From positions 46,562,001 through 46,626,000 of the forward strand of contig OZ024747.1 of assembly GCA_964016885.1 (NCBI GenBank): a stretch of 64,000 nucleotides of DNA, given 5' to 3'. Below are positions 63,584 to 64,000 of the stretch, piece after piece (the stretch's first letter is position 1; the number at the start of each line of letters is the position of its first letter). The notes beneath the pieces were generated by a model that had not been told where the DNA came from, did not search any database, and worked only from the letters and a program-made list of their open reading frames with translations. Source of the DNA: Eledone cirrhosa. Lineage: Eukaryota. A program made the translations under genes and the position numbers.

Positions 63584-64000
63584 ACATGCAAATACCTAGT
63601 GTGGAGAGAGCACTCAGCTTCGGATAGTGGAAGGTCAGAGGATATGATTACAAAGGTATGGGAGGTACGTGAGGGAGAGGAAATAGTGGTGACGGAGAAG
63701 CCGTGGTAGGTTAGTTATGTGTGTAGTGTGCAGAGTCAGTGGTGGTGGTGGTGGAGGGGGGGGGGGGGGGGGAGTTAAGGTGGCAGCGACGAGAGAATGA
63801 AACGAAGGCAATGGGATGATAGGGTTACGACTGTAGGTGAGGTGGCTGCTTATGTTAACAGTAGACAAGGAGCGGAGTGTGTCACGTTTTTACAGGTGAG
63901 AAAATTGAAGTGCATACATATATAGATGTATATACACACACACACACACATAAACACATACTTACACAGAAACACATACTCTCACATACACACACACACA

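Overview
Gene-poor, very AT-rich eukaryotic DNA dominated by (TA)n/(CA)n/(GA)n microsatellites and transposon debris. The tRNA-derived SINEs and repeat style suggest a cephalopod (Octopus-like), but that is inference. No host protein-coding exon could be supported, and nearly all ORFs in the track are microsatellite translations. Recognisable elements: three tandem Tx1/L1-type LINE 3' ends; a nearly complete but disrupted RepHel Helitron plus several non-autonomous Helitrons; Penelope-like element (PLE) fragments (RT, GIY-YIG); an RTE LINE with a twin-priming-type inversion; a mariner fragment; a pogo-like MITE; SINEs; a 51-bp minisatellite; and a 200-N gap. The main signal is a dense set of more than 20 minimal type I hammerhead ribozyme (HHR) motifs from about ten different repeat families. 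Most sit in (TA)n tracts and many are fold-back palindromes whose arms read outward from the centre. The best example is an array of apparently identical 476-bp non-coding HHR monomers (28751-31647), arranged in tandem and then inverted, which resembles a retrozyme/circRNA element. It shares a spaced octamer-TATA cassette upstream of its ribozyme with a second HHR family.
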